Positions 1-11,898 of a stretch of 64,000 bases of DNA are shown piece by piece. Position 1 is the first letter of the stretch. Each line of letters begins with the position of its first letter. A model generated the notes under the pieces. The model ran no database searches. It saw nothing but the letters and a program-made list of their open reading frames with translations, and was not told where the DNA came from. Both the position numbers and the translations under genes were made by a program. The stretch is from Octopus sinensis (lineage: Eukaryota), in the NCBI RefSeq assembly GCF_006345805.1, contig NC_043015.1, forward strand, positions 40,300,001 to 40,364,000, read 5' to 3'.

Positions 1-945
1 GGTTGAGGCAAGCGAAGTCGATATAGAACCTCATCCGACGACAGACACCCATCCCAACCCCCCATGCTTGCGAAGACATGTTGGGGCAAGCGAAATCGAA
101 ATCGAAATCGAAACCGAATTGAACCAGCCAGGATCCCTGCCTGGTGGTACGTAAAAAGCACTATCCGACTCGGGGCCGTGGCACGTAAAATACTCCAATG
201 CGACCGTACGACAGGCACCCATGCCAACCCCCTTTGCTTGTGAAGACATGTTGGGGCAAGCGAAATCGAAATCGAATTGAACCAGCCAGGATCCCTGGCC
301 TGGTGGTACGTAAAAAGCACTATCCGACTCGGGGCCGTGGCACGTAAAATACTCCAATGCGACCGTACGACAGGCACCCATGCCAACCCCCTTTGCTTGT
401 GAAGACATGTTGGGGCAAGCGAAATCGAAATCGAATTGAACCAGCCAGGATCCCTGGTCTGGTGGTACGTAAAAAGCACTATCCGACTCGTGGCCGTGGC
501 ACGTAAAATACTCCAATGCGACCGTACGACAGGCACCCTTGCCAACCCCCTTTGCTTGTGAAGACATGTTGGGGCAAGCGAAATCGAAATCGAATTGAAC
601 CAGCCAGGATCCCTGGTCTGGTGGTACGTAAAAAGCACTATCCGACTCGTGGCCGATGCCAGCACCGCCTCGACTGGCTTCCGTGCCGGTGGCACATAAA
701 ATACACCAATCTGACCGTGGCCGTTGCCAGCCCCGCCTGGCACCTGTGCAGGTGGCACGTAAAAAGCACCCACTACACTCACGGAGTGGTTGGCGTTAGG
801 AAGGGCATCCAGCTGTAGAAACATTGCCAAATTAGACTGGAGCCTGGTGCAGCCTTCTGGCTTCCCAGAACCCCGGTCGAACCGTCCAACCCATGCTAGC
901 ATGGAGAACGGACGTTAAATGACGATGATGATGATGATGATGAAG
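1..945 (+). mobile_element. RTE-tailed non-autonomous element with an internal 159-bp tandem array (~4 units, 40-650) and (GAT)n tail
   Basis: Unit anchors gaagacatgttggggcaagc at 72, 242, 401, 560; 3' end gttggcgttaggaagggcatccagctgtag...ggacgttaaatgacgatgatg. Assignment to RTE is by recalled similarity of the 3' UTR. Confidence 0.6.
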
Positions 946-1310
946 ATATGTATATATAATGTAGATAGGTATGTATGTATGTATATGAGTAGTGAGTGCA
1001 TATTAAACCATATAAGTGTTCTATACTGGACATGTGTATGTGTGTGTATGCATGTATGTGTGTGCGTGTGTGTATGCATGTATGTGTGTGTGTGTGTGTT
1101 TATCAGTATGAGTTGCATTACTGTAATTATAGTCTCTCTGCCATTAATTCCCATCAAACTGAAATCTATCTACCTCAAACAATAATGACAATTAATTCAT
1201 TAATTAAACAAACTTTTGCCAACTAATTACTAAAATGTAACGAGATCAGAACAAAGAACTGATATCAATTCATTGATTTGAAATTAAAACCATCATGTGT
1301 GTTTTTGTTG

Positions 1311-1344
<34 letters not shown>

Positions 1345-1786
1345 GGTGGTAGTGGTGGTATGTATAGCCCTTGGTCAGTCCTGATGGAACAGACCAATAA
1401 TCAAAGCCAGTCTAGTCCTGACCATCCTGTCTTGTTTATAACACTTCTTAGAAACTATCCAATCTGATTTATTTGCTCAATATTTAAGACAATAAGATGC
1501 AATTCAAGGGAGATTTGGCTGTTGTTTCCAGCAGGTCAAGCAACTGTTAGCTTATAACTACAAGTACAACATCAGTTTCCTGGAATCTCTATTTCCAAAG
1601 CCTTTCCAGATCATTGATCCTTCCAAAGCAGGGGTGGTCACCTTGGTCAACACACTCTAAATTAAGCAAATATTAAATTTCCTTAATCAATTAAATGAAA
1701 TAGCGGCCCATCAGGGTTAATTAGTGCAGATTATAAGCGGTTCCGAACCGTTGGTGTCAAGGAACACTGTGTTGCACCCATATAGT

Positions 1787-1981
1787 TCTTTACTCTTTTA
1801 CTTGTTTCAGACATTTGATTGCGGCCATGCTGGAGCACTGCCTTTAGTCGAGTAAATCGACCCCAGGACTTATTCTTTGTAAGCCTAGTGCTTATTCTAT
1901 CGGTCTCTTTTGCCAAACCGCTGAGTAACGCGAACGTAAACACACCAGCATCGATTGTCAAGCGATGTTGGGTGGCGACAA

Positions 1982-2026
<45 letters not shown>

Positions 2027-2033
2027 CATACAC

Positions 2034-2082
<49 letters not shown>

Positions 2083-2258
2083 CATACATATATACGATGG
2101 GCTTCTTTCAGTTTCCGTCTACCAAATCCACTCACAAGGCTTTGGTCAGCCCGAGGCTATAGCAGAAGACGCTTGCCCATAGTGCCACGAAGTGGGAATG
2201 AACCCAGAACCATGTGGTTGGTAAGCAAGCTACTTACCACACAGCCACTCCTGCGCCT
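1787..2258 (-). mobile_element. tRNA-derived SINE family C (head ggcgcaggagtggctgtgtggtaag, CORE-like ccttgggcaagtgtctt block, internal (TA/TG)n, tail aaacaagtaaaagagt)
   Basis: Near-identical copies at ~8490-8880(-), 41858-42238(-), 49806-50205(-), 52786-53194(-), 56746-57179(-), 58950-59345(+). Partial copies at ~16140-16358, 22843-23010, 38400-38605, 44380-44640, 46267-46435, 47290-47521, 60243-60515. Confidence 0.8.
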
Positions 2259-3055
2259 TGTTCTATATTTTTTTTCTAATTCTATTGTTGTCACGGTTAC
2301 CATTAGATTCCGCATCATGTCAAGGTTTTAGAACCAATGGAGGAATTGTGATGTGTGACTGCTTTTGTTGTCATGGTTGTTGTTGTTGTTGCAGTTATTG
2401 TCAGCAACAATGATGATGATGTGTTATCTGTCACTCTTTAGTCTATCCCAACTGTGACTGAGAGAGAGAGAGAGAGAGCTAACTTAATACCTGTTGAATA
2501 TATTGAGGGAATTGTTGTTGTTGTTGTGTTATAATTAAACAGATGTCGTCAATTAAATTCTAACGATGTCATCTTATTGTATAGAGTATCTGAAATCTTG
2601 AACCAGTTAGGTCATTTTGTTGTTTCTTTTTTTTTCATTTTGTAATTATTTTGCTTTTCTAATGCTATAATTATTATTAAGAAAATGATGAATGCCCCTT
2701 ACTCTCATCTTCCCCTCGACCTAATTAGAACTTGTTTAAAAAAGATCATTCTTAAAAATAATCTCAACTTTATCACTCTTGGTAAACATTTAACAACAAA
2801 CATATGATAAACATCAGCTTAGACCATAACGATAACTGGATATTAAATGATAAGATATGAGTTCCCTGAAGATATCATTGCCATTTGTAGAACTTTATTG
2901 GTGCTTTAGTAATAGCCATGTGAAATATGGGAGGTTTTTCTGCCCCCTCTTGCAGAGAGAAAGGTGACCATTTCTAAAATATATTTCTGTCATTGCAGAT
3001 AGCCACTCAAGAATTTGCACTTTAACGTCACAATAACACCAAAGAACTCAACAAA

Positions 3056-3463
3056 ATGGCAACTCACCGTACAGCTGGTATTTTTTGGTTATTTTACTTC
3101 ACCTTTTTCACCATGACAGCCCTCAGCTCGGAGTCGGCTCAACCCATGGACGTGTACACGATCGGAGGAGTCCTCAGCTCAAGAGAACACCAACAAATTT
3201 TCGATGAAGCAATTGAGCATGTCAACCAGAAATCTTCAAAATCAAACATCATCTTCAATTCCACTTCGATCTTGATGAATGCCAACCCGATACGTTCGGC
3301 ATTGTCCATCTGTGAGGATCTAATCCCAAATCGTGTCTATGTTGTGATAGCCAGCCATCCTTATGACAGTGACCAGTCACCCATATCTGTGTCCTATACT
3401 TGTGGTTTCTACAATATTCCGGTCATTGGCATATCTTCCAGAGAAAGTGTTTATTCCGACAAC
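3056..3463 (+). CDS. GRIN1: GluN1 coding exon 1 (signal peptide + ATD start; MATHRTAG...SRESVYSDN). The exon starts at 2999 after the acceptor cattgcag; 2999-3055 is 5'UTR
   Basis: acaaaATGG start context; hydrophobic signal peptide; CEDLI, SYTCGFYNIPVIGIS match GluN1; donor AAC|gtaagt, phase 0. Confidence 0.95.
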
Positions 3464-3567
3464 GTAAGTACGGTAACGCCAATATTATTTTTGTTCCGTA
3501 ACACTTTTGATGTCTCTTTTTGCCTTTCTCTCCCAAATTTTCCCTTCTATTCTTTCCTTCTCCTCTT

Positions 3568-3770
<203 letters not shown>

Positions 3771-3922
3771 TTTTTACCCACATCCACCCCTCTATTATCT
3801 GCCCTGCAGTTAGTCCTTCCAGCTCCCAACCCTCCACACCGCCAACACAGCAACCCTATAAATATGTTAATATTTCCTCACATCAGAGGCAGTGAGCTGG
3901 CAAAACAATGAGCACTCTATAA

Positions 3923-4345
3923 GGCGGCTAGCTGGCAGAAACGTTAGCACACCAGGCGAAATGCTACGCAGTATTTCGTACATCCTTACGTTCTGAGTTC
4001 AAATTCCACTGAGGTCGACTTTGCCTTTCATCCTTTCAGGGTCAATAAATTAAGTACCAGTTACGCACTGGTGGTCGATGTAAGCGACTTAATACCTTTG
4101 TCTGTCCTTGTTTGTCCTCTCTATGTATAGCCCCCTGAGGGCAATAAAGAAATAAGGACATTGAGCACTCTTGGCAAAATGCTCAGCAACATTTCATCCC
4201 TGAGTTCATATTCCGCTACGGTTGACTTTCCTTTTCATCCTTTTGGGGGGTCAATAAAATAAACACCAGTTGAGAACTGGGGTTGATGTATTCAACTTAC
4301 TCTCTCCCCCAAAATTGTTAGCCTCTTGCCTAAATTTGAAACCAG
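3923..4345 (+). mobile_element. SINE family D (head aggcggcgagctggcagaatcgttagcac...ttctgagttcaaattcc), two tandem copies
   Basis: Further copies at ~6545-6975(-), 8020-8190(+), 18340-18548(-), 18630-18790(-), 21650-21820(-), 23345-23550(+), 25975-26180(+), 26295-26690(-), 31295-31510(+), 39405-39542(-), 43140-43510(+), 54640-55020(-), 55510-55718(-), 56218-56442(-), 57235-57440(-). Confidence 0.75.
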
Positions 4346-4675
4346 TATTTCCCCACATTTCCTCAAAAATCACAACACTATAGCCATACTCTATTAACCC
4401 ATACCACTACTGACCTGTATTAAGTTTACAACATTAACAATAACTCCATATAATTTTAATCTGATCTTGGATAGCAAGGGTGACAACTTCCAACATGTTT
4501 CTGCCTTATTCAAACCTCATCAGCAAAATATATTTACCAGATTAGCAATAAAAGATTCATATTCTTTTCTACTCATGTCCAATATGTCTAAAATAGTCAG
4601 TTACATAATAATTGGTATGATTTACATTAAATACATTTTTAACGATTTATTAATGATTTTAAAATTATTTTCCAG

Positions 4676-4852
4676 AATGTTCATAACTCTTTCATCAGAA
4701 CAGTACCACCTTATTTCCACCAAGCAGAAATTTGGATTAAAATTCTTCAGAGTTTCAAATGGACACAAGTGATGTTTATATACAGCAGAGATGAAGATGG
4801 ACAAGCAATACTGAGCCATTTTCAAACTTTGGCCAAGGCTGAAGGAATATCG
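4676..4852 (+). CDS. GRIN1: GluN1 coding exon 2 (NVHNSFIRTVPPYFHQAEIW...AEGIS), 177 nt
   Basis: ttccag| acceptor, |gtaagt donor, phase 0-0; RTVPPY motif. Confidence 0.95.
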
Positions 4853-4867
4853 GTAAGTAGTTGATAC

Positions 4868-4898
<31 letters not shown>

Positions 4899-6168
4899 GT
4901 TTAACGTCCACTTTCCATGCTGTCATGGGTTGGACAGTTTGACTGAGGACTGGCAAGCCAGGAGGTTGCACCAGGCTCCAATCTGTTCTGGTATGGCTTC
5001 TACAGCTGGGTGCCCTTCCTAATGCCAACCACTCCGAGAGTGTAGTAGGTACTTTTTACATGCCACTGGCACGAGGGCCAGTCAGGCGGCACTGGCATAG
5101 GCCACACTCAGATGGTGCTTTTTGCATTCCACTGACTCAAGGGCCAGTCAGGTGGCACGGGCATCAACCACACTCGAATGGTGCTGTTTACATTCCACCG
5201 GCATGAGAGCCATTCAGGTGGCACTGACATCAACCATGCTCGGATGGTGCTTTTTACATGCCACCAGCCTAGGGGCCAGTCAGGCAGCACTGGCATCAAG
5301 CATACTCAGGTGGAGCTTTTTGCGTGCCACTGGCACAGAAGCCAGTGACGTGACATCAACCACACTCAATGGTGCTGTTTACATTCCACCGGCATGGTAG
5401 CCAGAAAAGTGGCACTGGTATTGACCACACTCGGATGGTACTTTTTACATACCACTGGCACAGGTGCCACTCAGGCAGCACTGGCATCACTGGACAGATT
5501 CATTATAGTCTTTAATTGTTTTTGCTTAATCCCCCCACCCTTCTCCTTTTCCCTTCTTCCTTCTCTCCCTCTCTCTCACTCTATCTGCATTTGCTTCATC
5601 CTCTTTCTCTTTCCTCCTCCTCCTATTCATTTCCTAACTCCTTCCTCTTTATCAGGGTTGAAGAAAACCTCACCCATGGCGCAATTGCTCCCACAGGATG
5701 GTATATTCGTATGTACAAAAACATAGTAAATTTTTCAATCATAAAATTTATACAATACTCGTATGCCTCTTTACGAGATAGGTTGTGTTTCCACCATGAC
5801 TTAAAATGGTTAGACTTGAACAGAAAATAGTCCAATAATTGCCATTTGAATGGAAATTTTGTTTTCACTATAAAACACATGTTGCTAGGTTTGTACCACC
5901 CCCTTGAGACCCAACTACACTCTAGCTGAGAAATATAGAATACCGCATAAGTAATATAAACGTGCTAAATTCAGTGATGGCAATTAAAGAAGATGTTACA
6001 TGTTAATTTAATGTATTAAACTTATCTTTAACTTCCATGCTTTCTGAGATTCGCCAACACTACACCTTTCGAGACATTTGTACATTACTGCATATACTTT
6101 ATATGCACTTTCTGACAAGTTGTGGTGCACCTGAGCACTGTATACAATAATTTCCTTATATATTATAT

Positions 6169-6227
<59 letters not shown>

Positions 6228-8689
6228 GAGATTTACACAGATATAAGATTAGAACTTGCGTCCCACCCCCGGACCTTTTTTTTTTTTTTGCTGTAACTAG
6301 CATGTGTGATTTTGTTGACAGAATGACCTTGCACACATGTGCACACAAGCAAATAACAATATTTGTTCCACCATACAATTTCACTTCAAGAATCTAGCAA
6401 AAACAAATACAAAAATAACAGATAGGCAGGCAGATGGACAGACAGACAGGTAGGCAGGTAGGCAGGCATGTGGGCAGAGATGGACTCACTCAAAGATGTT
6501 AGTAAGAATATATAAATTCTGTAATGTTGATAATGCAGCTTAGTATTCTTTTCTACTCGAGGCACAAGGCCCGAAATTTTTTTTGGTGGGAGGGGGCCAG
6601 TCGATTAAATTGACACCAGTATGCAACTGGTACTCAATTTATCAACTCTGAAAGGATGAAAGGCTAAGTTGACCTCAGTGGAATTTGAACTCAGAATGTA
6701 AAGACAGACGAAATACTGCTAAGCATTTCGCCCGGTGTGCTAACATTTCTTATTTCTTTATTACCCACAAGGGGCTAAACATAGAGGGGACAAACAAGGA
6801 CAGACAAATGGATAAAGTCGATTACATCGACCCCAGTGCATAACTGGTACTTAATTTATCAACCCTGAAAGGATGAAAGGCAAAGTTGACCTTGGCGGAA
6901 TTTGAACTCAGAATTATAAAGACAGATGAAATACCGCTAAGCATTTCACCCACCGTGCTAACCATTCTACCAGCTTTTCCGCCTTAGTGCAGTTTAGTAT
7001 TGTTTAGATAAAATTCTTTAATGCCATTAATGCTTCCACTAAGTCTCCAGTTTCACCAAATTCTTCAGTAACCAAGAAACATGAACTGTTTGGATGAAAC
7101 AACTTTTCTCTCCACTCTCAGAGATTTCGGCACCATCACTGCTGGCAGATGTTTACAAAATGAGTTCACATAAATTTTGAAATGTTACCTGGGTACCTTC
7201 TGGAAGATAAGTGCTTAACTCATGTTTGTGTTTTAGTTTAGAAAAATGAGTTCCTGGCAGTGAAAGGAAATGGGGGATGGTTGGGTCTGGAGATTCTGGA
7301 GAGATGGGTGAGAGGAGGTAGTGTTCTATGGTATGATAGTAGAAGGGGGGGAGAGGTGAGAGGGAGTAAGATGGTAATGAGTGGAGGAGAGAGAAGAAGA
7401 GGGAAGAAATATATTGAAGAGGTAGAAGAGGAGGAATAGAAAGAATGTAAGGCTGGTGATGTGAAAGAGATAGAATAATTAATGTGATAACGATGGTGAA
7501 ATTGGTTGATGAGTTGTATAAATTCCATAATGAAGTAAAATTTAATGTAGGTAATGAGGAATTTGAAACCAAGATACCGAGGTTTATGACCAAATTTGGA
7601 ATTTGGTGGAATTACAATTATGATAATTCTGTTTGTCATTGCGTTACTTGGCCCATCGATAACGCTTTTGCGAGATTGGAGAAAAAGAGGGAGAAAGAAA
7701 AGAGGAACAGAGAAGTGTCGATGATGTGAGGGAGAAGGGATGTAATTGTAATGCTGTCATGTGATTAGATGAAGGGAAAGAGAGGGGAAAGAAAAAGGAG
7801 AGAGGAAAAGAGGAAAAGGTGAAGAAAGTGGGAGAATGAAAAAAAGGGAGAGAGAAGCGTTCATGACATGAGGTAGGGAGAATGTAATATTTAATATGTG
7901 ATCAAAAAAGTTAGTTGAAAGTAGAGGAGAAGAGTTAAAAATATAATTTTAGCAGAGAGGTGATGTTCTGATGATGAGGTTAAAAAAGGTAGAGAGAGAG
8001 AGGGGGGAGAGAGATGCTTACTAGCACTCAACCGCTTTATATTCTGAGTTCAAATTCCACTGAGGTTAACTTTGCCTTTCATCTTTTCAGTGAGTCAATG
8101 AAATAAGTACCAGTGGTGTATTGGGGTCAATGTAATCGACTTACCCCTCCCCGAAATTGCTGGCCTTGTACCAAAATTTGAAAACATCATTATCATTATT
8201 ATTATTATTCTATGTTTGACTTTTGCTTTACATTTGTACAAGCTGGCACCCAGAGACCTCAAGAGACAAGTTGGAAGTTTATTTTTATTATTATTGTTGT
8301 TGTTGTTGATATTATTATTATTACGCCAAAAATTCTTATATACACACGCTGACATAGAACCAGCGTTGAACCCTTTATTCACAATATTACCAAATCTGGA
8401 ACTGAACTATGGTCTGTCTATAGCACTTCTTCAGCATTACCTGACACCTTTGGGTCTCAATGATACCATTATCTCTTATATATATATATTTTTTTTCTTT
8501 TACAGTCATTTGACTGCGGCCATGCTAGGGCACCCGCCTTTAGTCGAGCAAATCGACCCCGGGACTTATTCTTTGGAAGCCCAGTACTTATTCTATCGGT
8601 CTCTTTTGCAGAACCGCTAAGTAACGGGGACATAAACACACCAGCATTGGTTGTCAAGCAATGCTAGTGGGACAAACACAGACATACAA

Positions 8690-8720
<31 letters not shown>

Positions 8721-8974
8721 CATACATATATACGACGGTCTTCTTTCAGTTTCTGTCTACCAAATCCACTCACAAGGCTTTGGTCGGCCCGGGGCTATAG
8801 CAGAAGACACTTGCCAAAGATGCCATGCAGTGGGACTGAACCCGGAACCATGTGGCTGGTTAGCAAGCTACTTACCACATATATATATATATATATATTA
8901 ATATTGTAAAATGCTTAATGTTCTGGTTTAATATTAATGTAATCATTTGTTTTTTCCGTTCTTTCTTCTGTTAG

Positions 8975-9075
8975 ATTGAGAAAACCATTCGGATCTTTCC
9001 AGGAGTGGAAAACTACACAGATTCTCTGGTATCCCTGAAAACCTTGCAATCACGAGTGATATTACTGTATGCTTT
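8975..9075 (+). CDS. GRIN1: GluN1 coding exon 3 (IEKTIRIFPG...SRVILLYA), 101 nt
   Basis: Pyrimidine tract + ttag|, donor |gtaagt, phase 0-2; RVILLY motif. Confidence 0.93.
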
Positions 9076-9787
9076 GTAAGTATCAGATATCTAAAGATAT
9101 CACATACTTGACTGTTTGTTTTTATTAATGGGAGGTGAACTCAATACATGAAGTAGAGTATATGCAATCTTTTATTACTTGAGACTGTAACAGCAGTGGC
9201 TCAGCGACCATGAGTTTCATTTCATGTCAAGGCATTCACCAGATTCTGGTAAGTAACTTGGTATGACAGAAAGTTATACCCATACAGTACTGCTTGCGCA
9301 TGTACACACATATATACACTCACAGAGATAGGTTTACAAACGGAAGGTAAGAGCTCCCAACATGCGTTGTAGAGTTTGAATATTTATATTAACAATATTA
9401 ACTACTTGGGAAGACTCATCAAGCGAAGTGGAATCGTAGTTGTGGCCGTTGCCAGTGTTATGCGAATGGCACCTATGCCAGTGGTGCATAAAAAGCACCC
9501 ACTACACTCTTGGAGCAGTTAGCATTAAGACGAGCATCCAGTTATAGAAACCAAACCAAAGCAAACTGGAACCGGGTGCAGCTCTCATCAAACCATCTGA
9601 CCAGGTTTTAGGTATCTACAAGACAGCAAGCAGAAATGTCCAATAGTCAGTCATATACATCAGCGGACATGCACGCACGCACACACGCACATTAGTATAG
9701 TAAGTACATGAACAGCTAAGAGCATGCCAGCATGGAAAGCGGACATTAAATGATGATGATGATTATATATATATATATATATATATA

Positions 9788-10407
9788 TAGTGTAATAAAT
9801 AAAATATATGCATACATACAAACATATATGTACGTACCTACATCTACATGTATATATACATGTATATATAAATATATATACGTGAGTACAGGACACCACA
9901 AATATACGTAGAACTCAACGAGAAATGAAAACGGAAAAACCATTTTTTTACAACAGAAAAACAGAGTACAGGACATACTACACAAGGAAAAATCCCCTAT
10001 CATCAGCTGTCACTAGTTTGACCCCCTCTGCGAGGTAATTTTATTTTAATTCTCTCGCGGGAAGGACTAGTTTGGCGAGTCGTGTCATGTCTTGCCTTCG
10101 AAACACGCTGGAGTCGAACTAGTGACAGCTGATGATAGGGGATTTTTCCTTGTGTAGTATGTCCTGTACTCTGTTTTTCTGTTGTAAAAAAATGGTTTTT
10201 CGTTTCTTGTTGAGTTCTACGTCTCTGTTTTTCTGTTGTAAAAAAATGGTTTTTAGTTTTCGTTTTTCGTTTCTCGTTGAGTTCTACGTCTAGTTGTGGT
10301 GTCCTGTACTCACGTATATATATTTATATATGCATGTATATATACATGTAGATGTAGGTACGTACATATATGCTTGTATGTATGCATATATTTTATTTAT
10401 TACACTA
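9788..10407. mobile_element. Foldback element: inverted arms 9788-10018 and 10117-10407 around a 98-nt spacer
   Basis: The arms are near-perfect reverse complements; the right arm carries a ~55-nt internal tandem duplication. Confidence 0.85.
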
Positions 10408-10474
10408 TTGTTTAACAGCGCCCTTGCGTCGGTTCGATTCGTTCGCTTCGTTCCATTTCTTATTCTCCCAGTAC

Positions 10475-10515
<41 letters not shown>

Positions 10516-11091
10516 ATAATAATATTAGGGAGTAAATCCAAACTTACAGGGAAAAATTAGATTTAGGATTAAATCTAATTTTATAGTATAAATATATATT
10601 ATATATATATATTATATTAAATTAGAGATAAATTTAACTTTAATTTAATATTTTAAATTTTGAATTTTATTTTTTATATATTTTTTTATTAATTAATTTA
10701 ATTTCTATCTATTGGTTTATGATTTTCACTGTTTGATTTGCCTAATAGTGGTTTTATCTCTAATTTAATATAATATATATAATATATATATATATATCAT
10801 CATCATCATCATCATTTAACGTCCGCTTTCCATGCTAGCATGGGTTGGATGGTTTGACTGAGGACTGGCGAACCAGATGGCTGCACCAGGCTCCAATCTG
10901 ATCTGGCAGAGTTTCTACAGCTGGATGCCCTTCCTAACGCCAACCACTCTGAGGGTGTAATGGATGCTTGTTATGTGCCACCGGCATGGGGGCCAGTCAT
11001 GTAGTACTGGCGACAGCCATGCTCAAATGGTATTTTTTACATGCCACCTGCACAGGAACCAGTTCAGTGGCACTGGCAACAACCTCACTTG

Positions 11092-11122
<31 letters not shown>

Positions 11123-11597
11123 AAAAAAGAAGTTTGAAAACGCCACTATATTAGATAAATTTTTATTTTCTTAGAAATTTTACAATGTTTCGGCTCTTGA
11201 AAAAACGAACCTTATCAAAAATATTTTAAAAAGTTAAGTATAATAGAAAAGTTCATAATTGTTTCTTACTGGTCTCAACAGAGTCCACGTGATGGTTTTT
11301 TTGTGGGGGAGAGCATAATAGCTGTAATTTTAAAGTTGAGTGTAATAAAGAAGTTCATAATTGTTTCTTACTGGTCTCAACAGGATCCACGTAGTTGTTT
11401 TTAGCTGTCTTATGTGTTCAAATGACCCGCAGCTGAAATATATATATATATACATATTAATGTCTGATTTTATTTTCAGGATGGGTTTTTTTGGGGTGGG
11501 GGGCAGGGTTGCCCCAAAACAATTTTACATCAATCTGATAGATTACTCAATACTTTTGTGAGTACAAATTTATTATCCTTAGACAAGAATTTTGTTG

Positions 11598-11642
11598 ACA
11601 GTGACTTCGCAGTTTCGACCAGCCAAGCCATCATCAGACCGT
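11598..11642 (-). ncRNA. Type I hammerhead ribozyme, complete core, GUC cleavage triplet
   Basis: Minus strand reads ACGGT CTGATGA T GGC ttggctg GTC GAAA CT gcga AG TC ACTGT. Stem I ACGGU/ACUGU, stem II GGC/GUC, stem III ACU-GCGA-AGU. Confidence 0.8.
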
Positions 11643-11785
11643 ATATATATAATTGTCTTCAAAGCAGTTTTTCCTAACCTCACCAATTTCCTCCGATTCT
11701 TTTACTCATTTTCCCTTTGATGTTTTTTTCAGGAACCTGTAATATTGATTTTATTTCTACAAAACGGTTTTGTCTTTACTTCCAG

Positions 11786-11898
11786 AAAAGAAGATTCTGA
11801 GCGAATATTTACCGATGCTGGAGATCTGGAATTAACATCAACTGGCTACGCTTGGCTAGTGACAGAACAGTCATTACAAGCTTCAAATATTCCTGTAG
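11786..11898 (+). CDS. GRIN1: GluN1 coding exon 4 (LKEDSERIF...GYAWLVTEQ...NIPVG), 113 nt
   Basis: ttccag|, |gtaagt, phase 2-1; GYxWLVxE motif. Confidence 0.93.

Noticed and set aside
220-275. HDV-like ribozyme in the 159-bp unit (stem followed by CGAA)
   Set aside because: No P1/P1.1/P3 elements found upstream in the required order.
31-567. 178-aa ORF with 53-aa repeats
   Set aside because: A by-product of the 159-bp tandem repeat in a non-autonomous element.
4492-4527. Degenerate minus-strand HHR (CTGATGAGGTTTGAATAAGGCAGAAACATGTT); similar weak motifs at ~11182-11222, 12940-12975 and 31150-31205
   Set aside because: Stem I does not pair or the core has several mismatches; possible fossils but unsupported individually.
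5656-5710. Possible N1-like cassette exon after a long pyrimidine tract (atcag|ggttgaag…)
   Set aside because: In the required phase 0 it reads GGT TGA (immediate stop); no support beyond the acceptor-like context.
10095-10160. Hammerhead at the foldback arm end (GAAAC…GTC…CTGATGA)
   Set aside because: Stems I and II could not be paired in any permutation.
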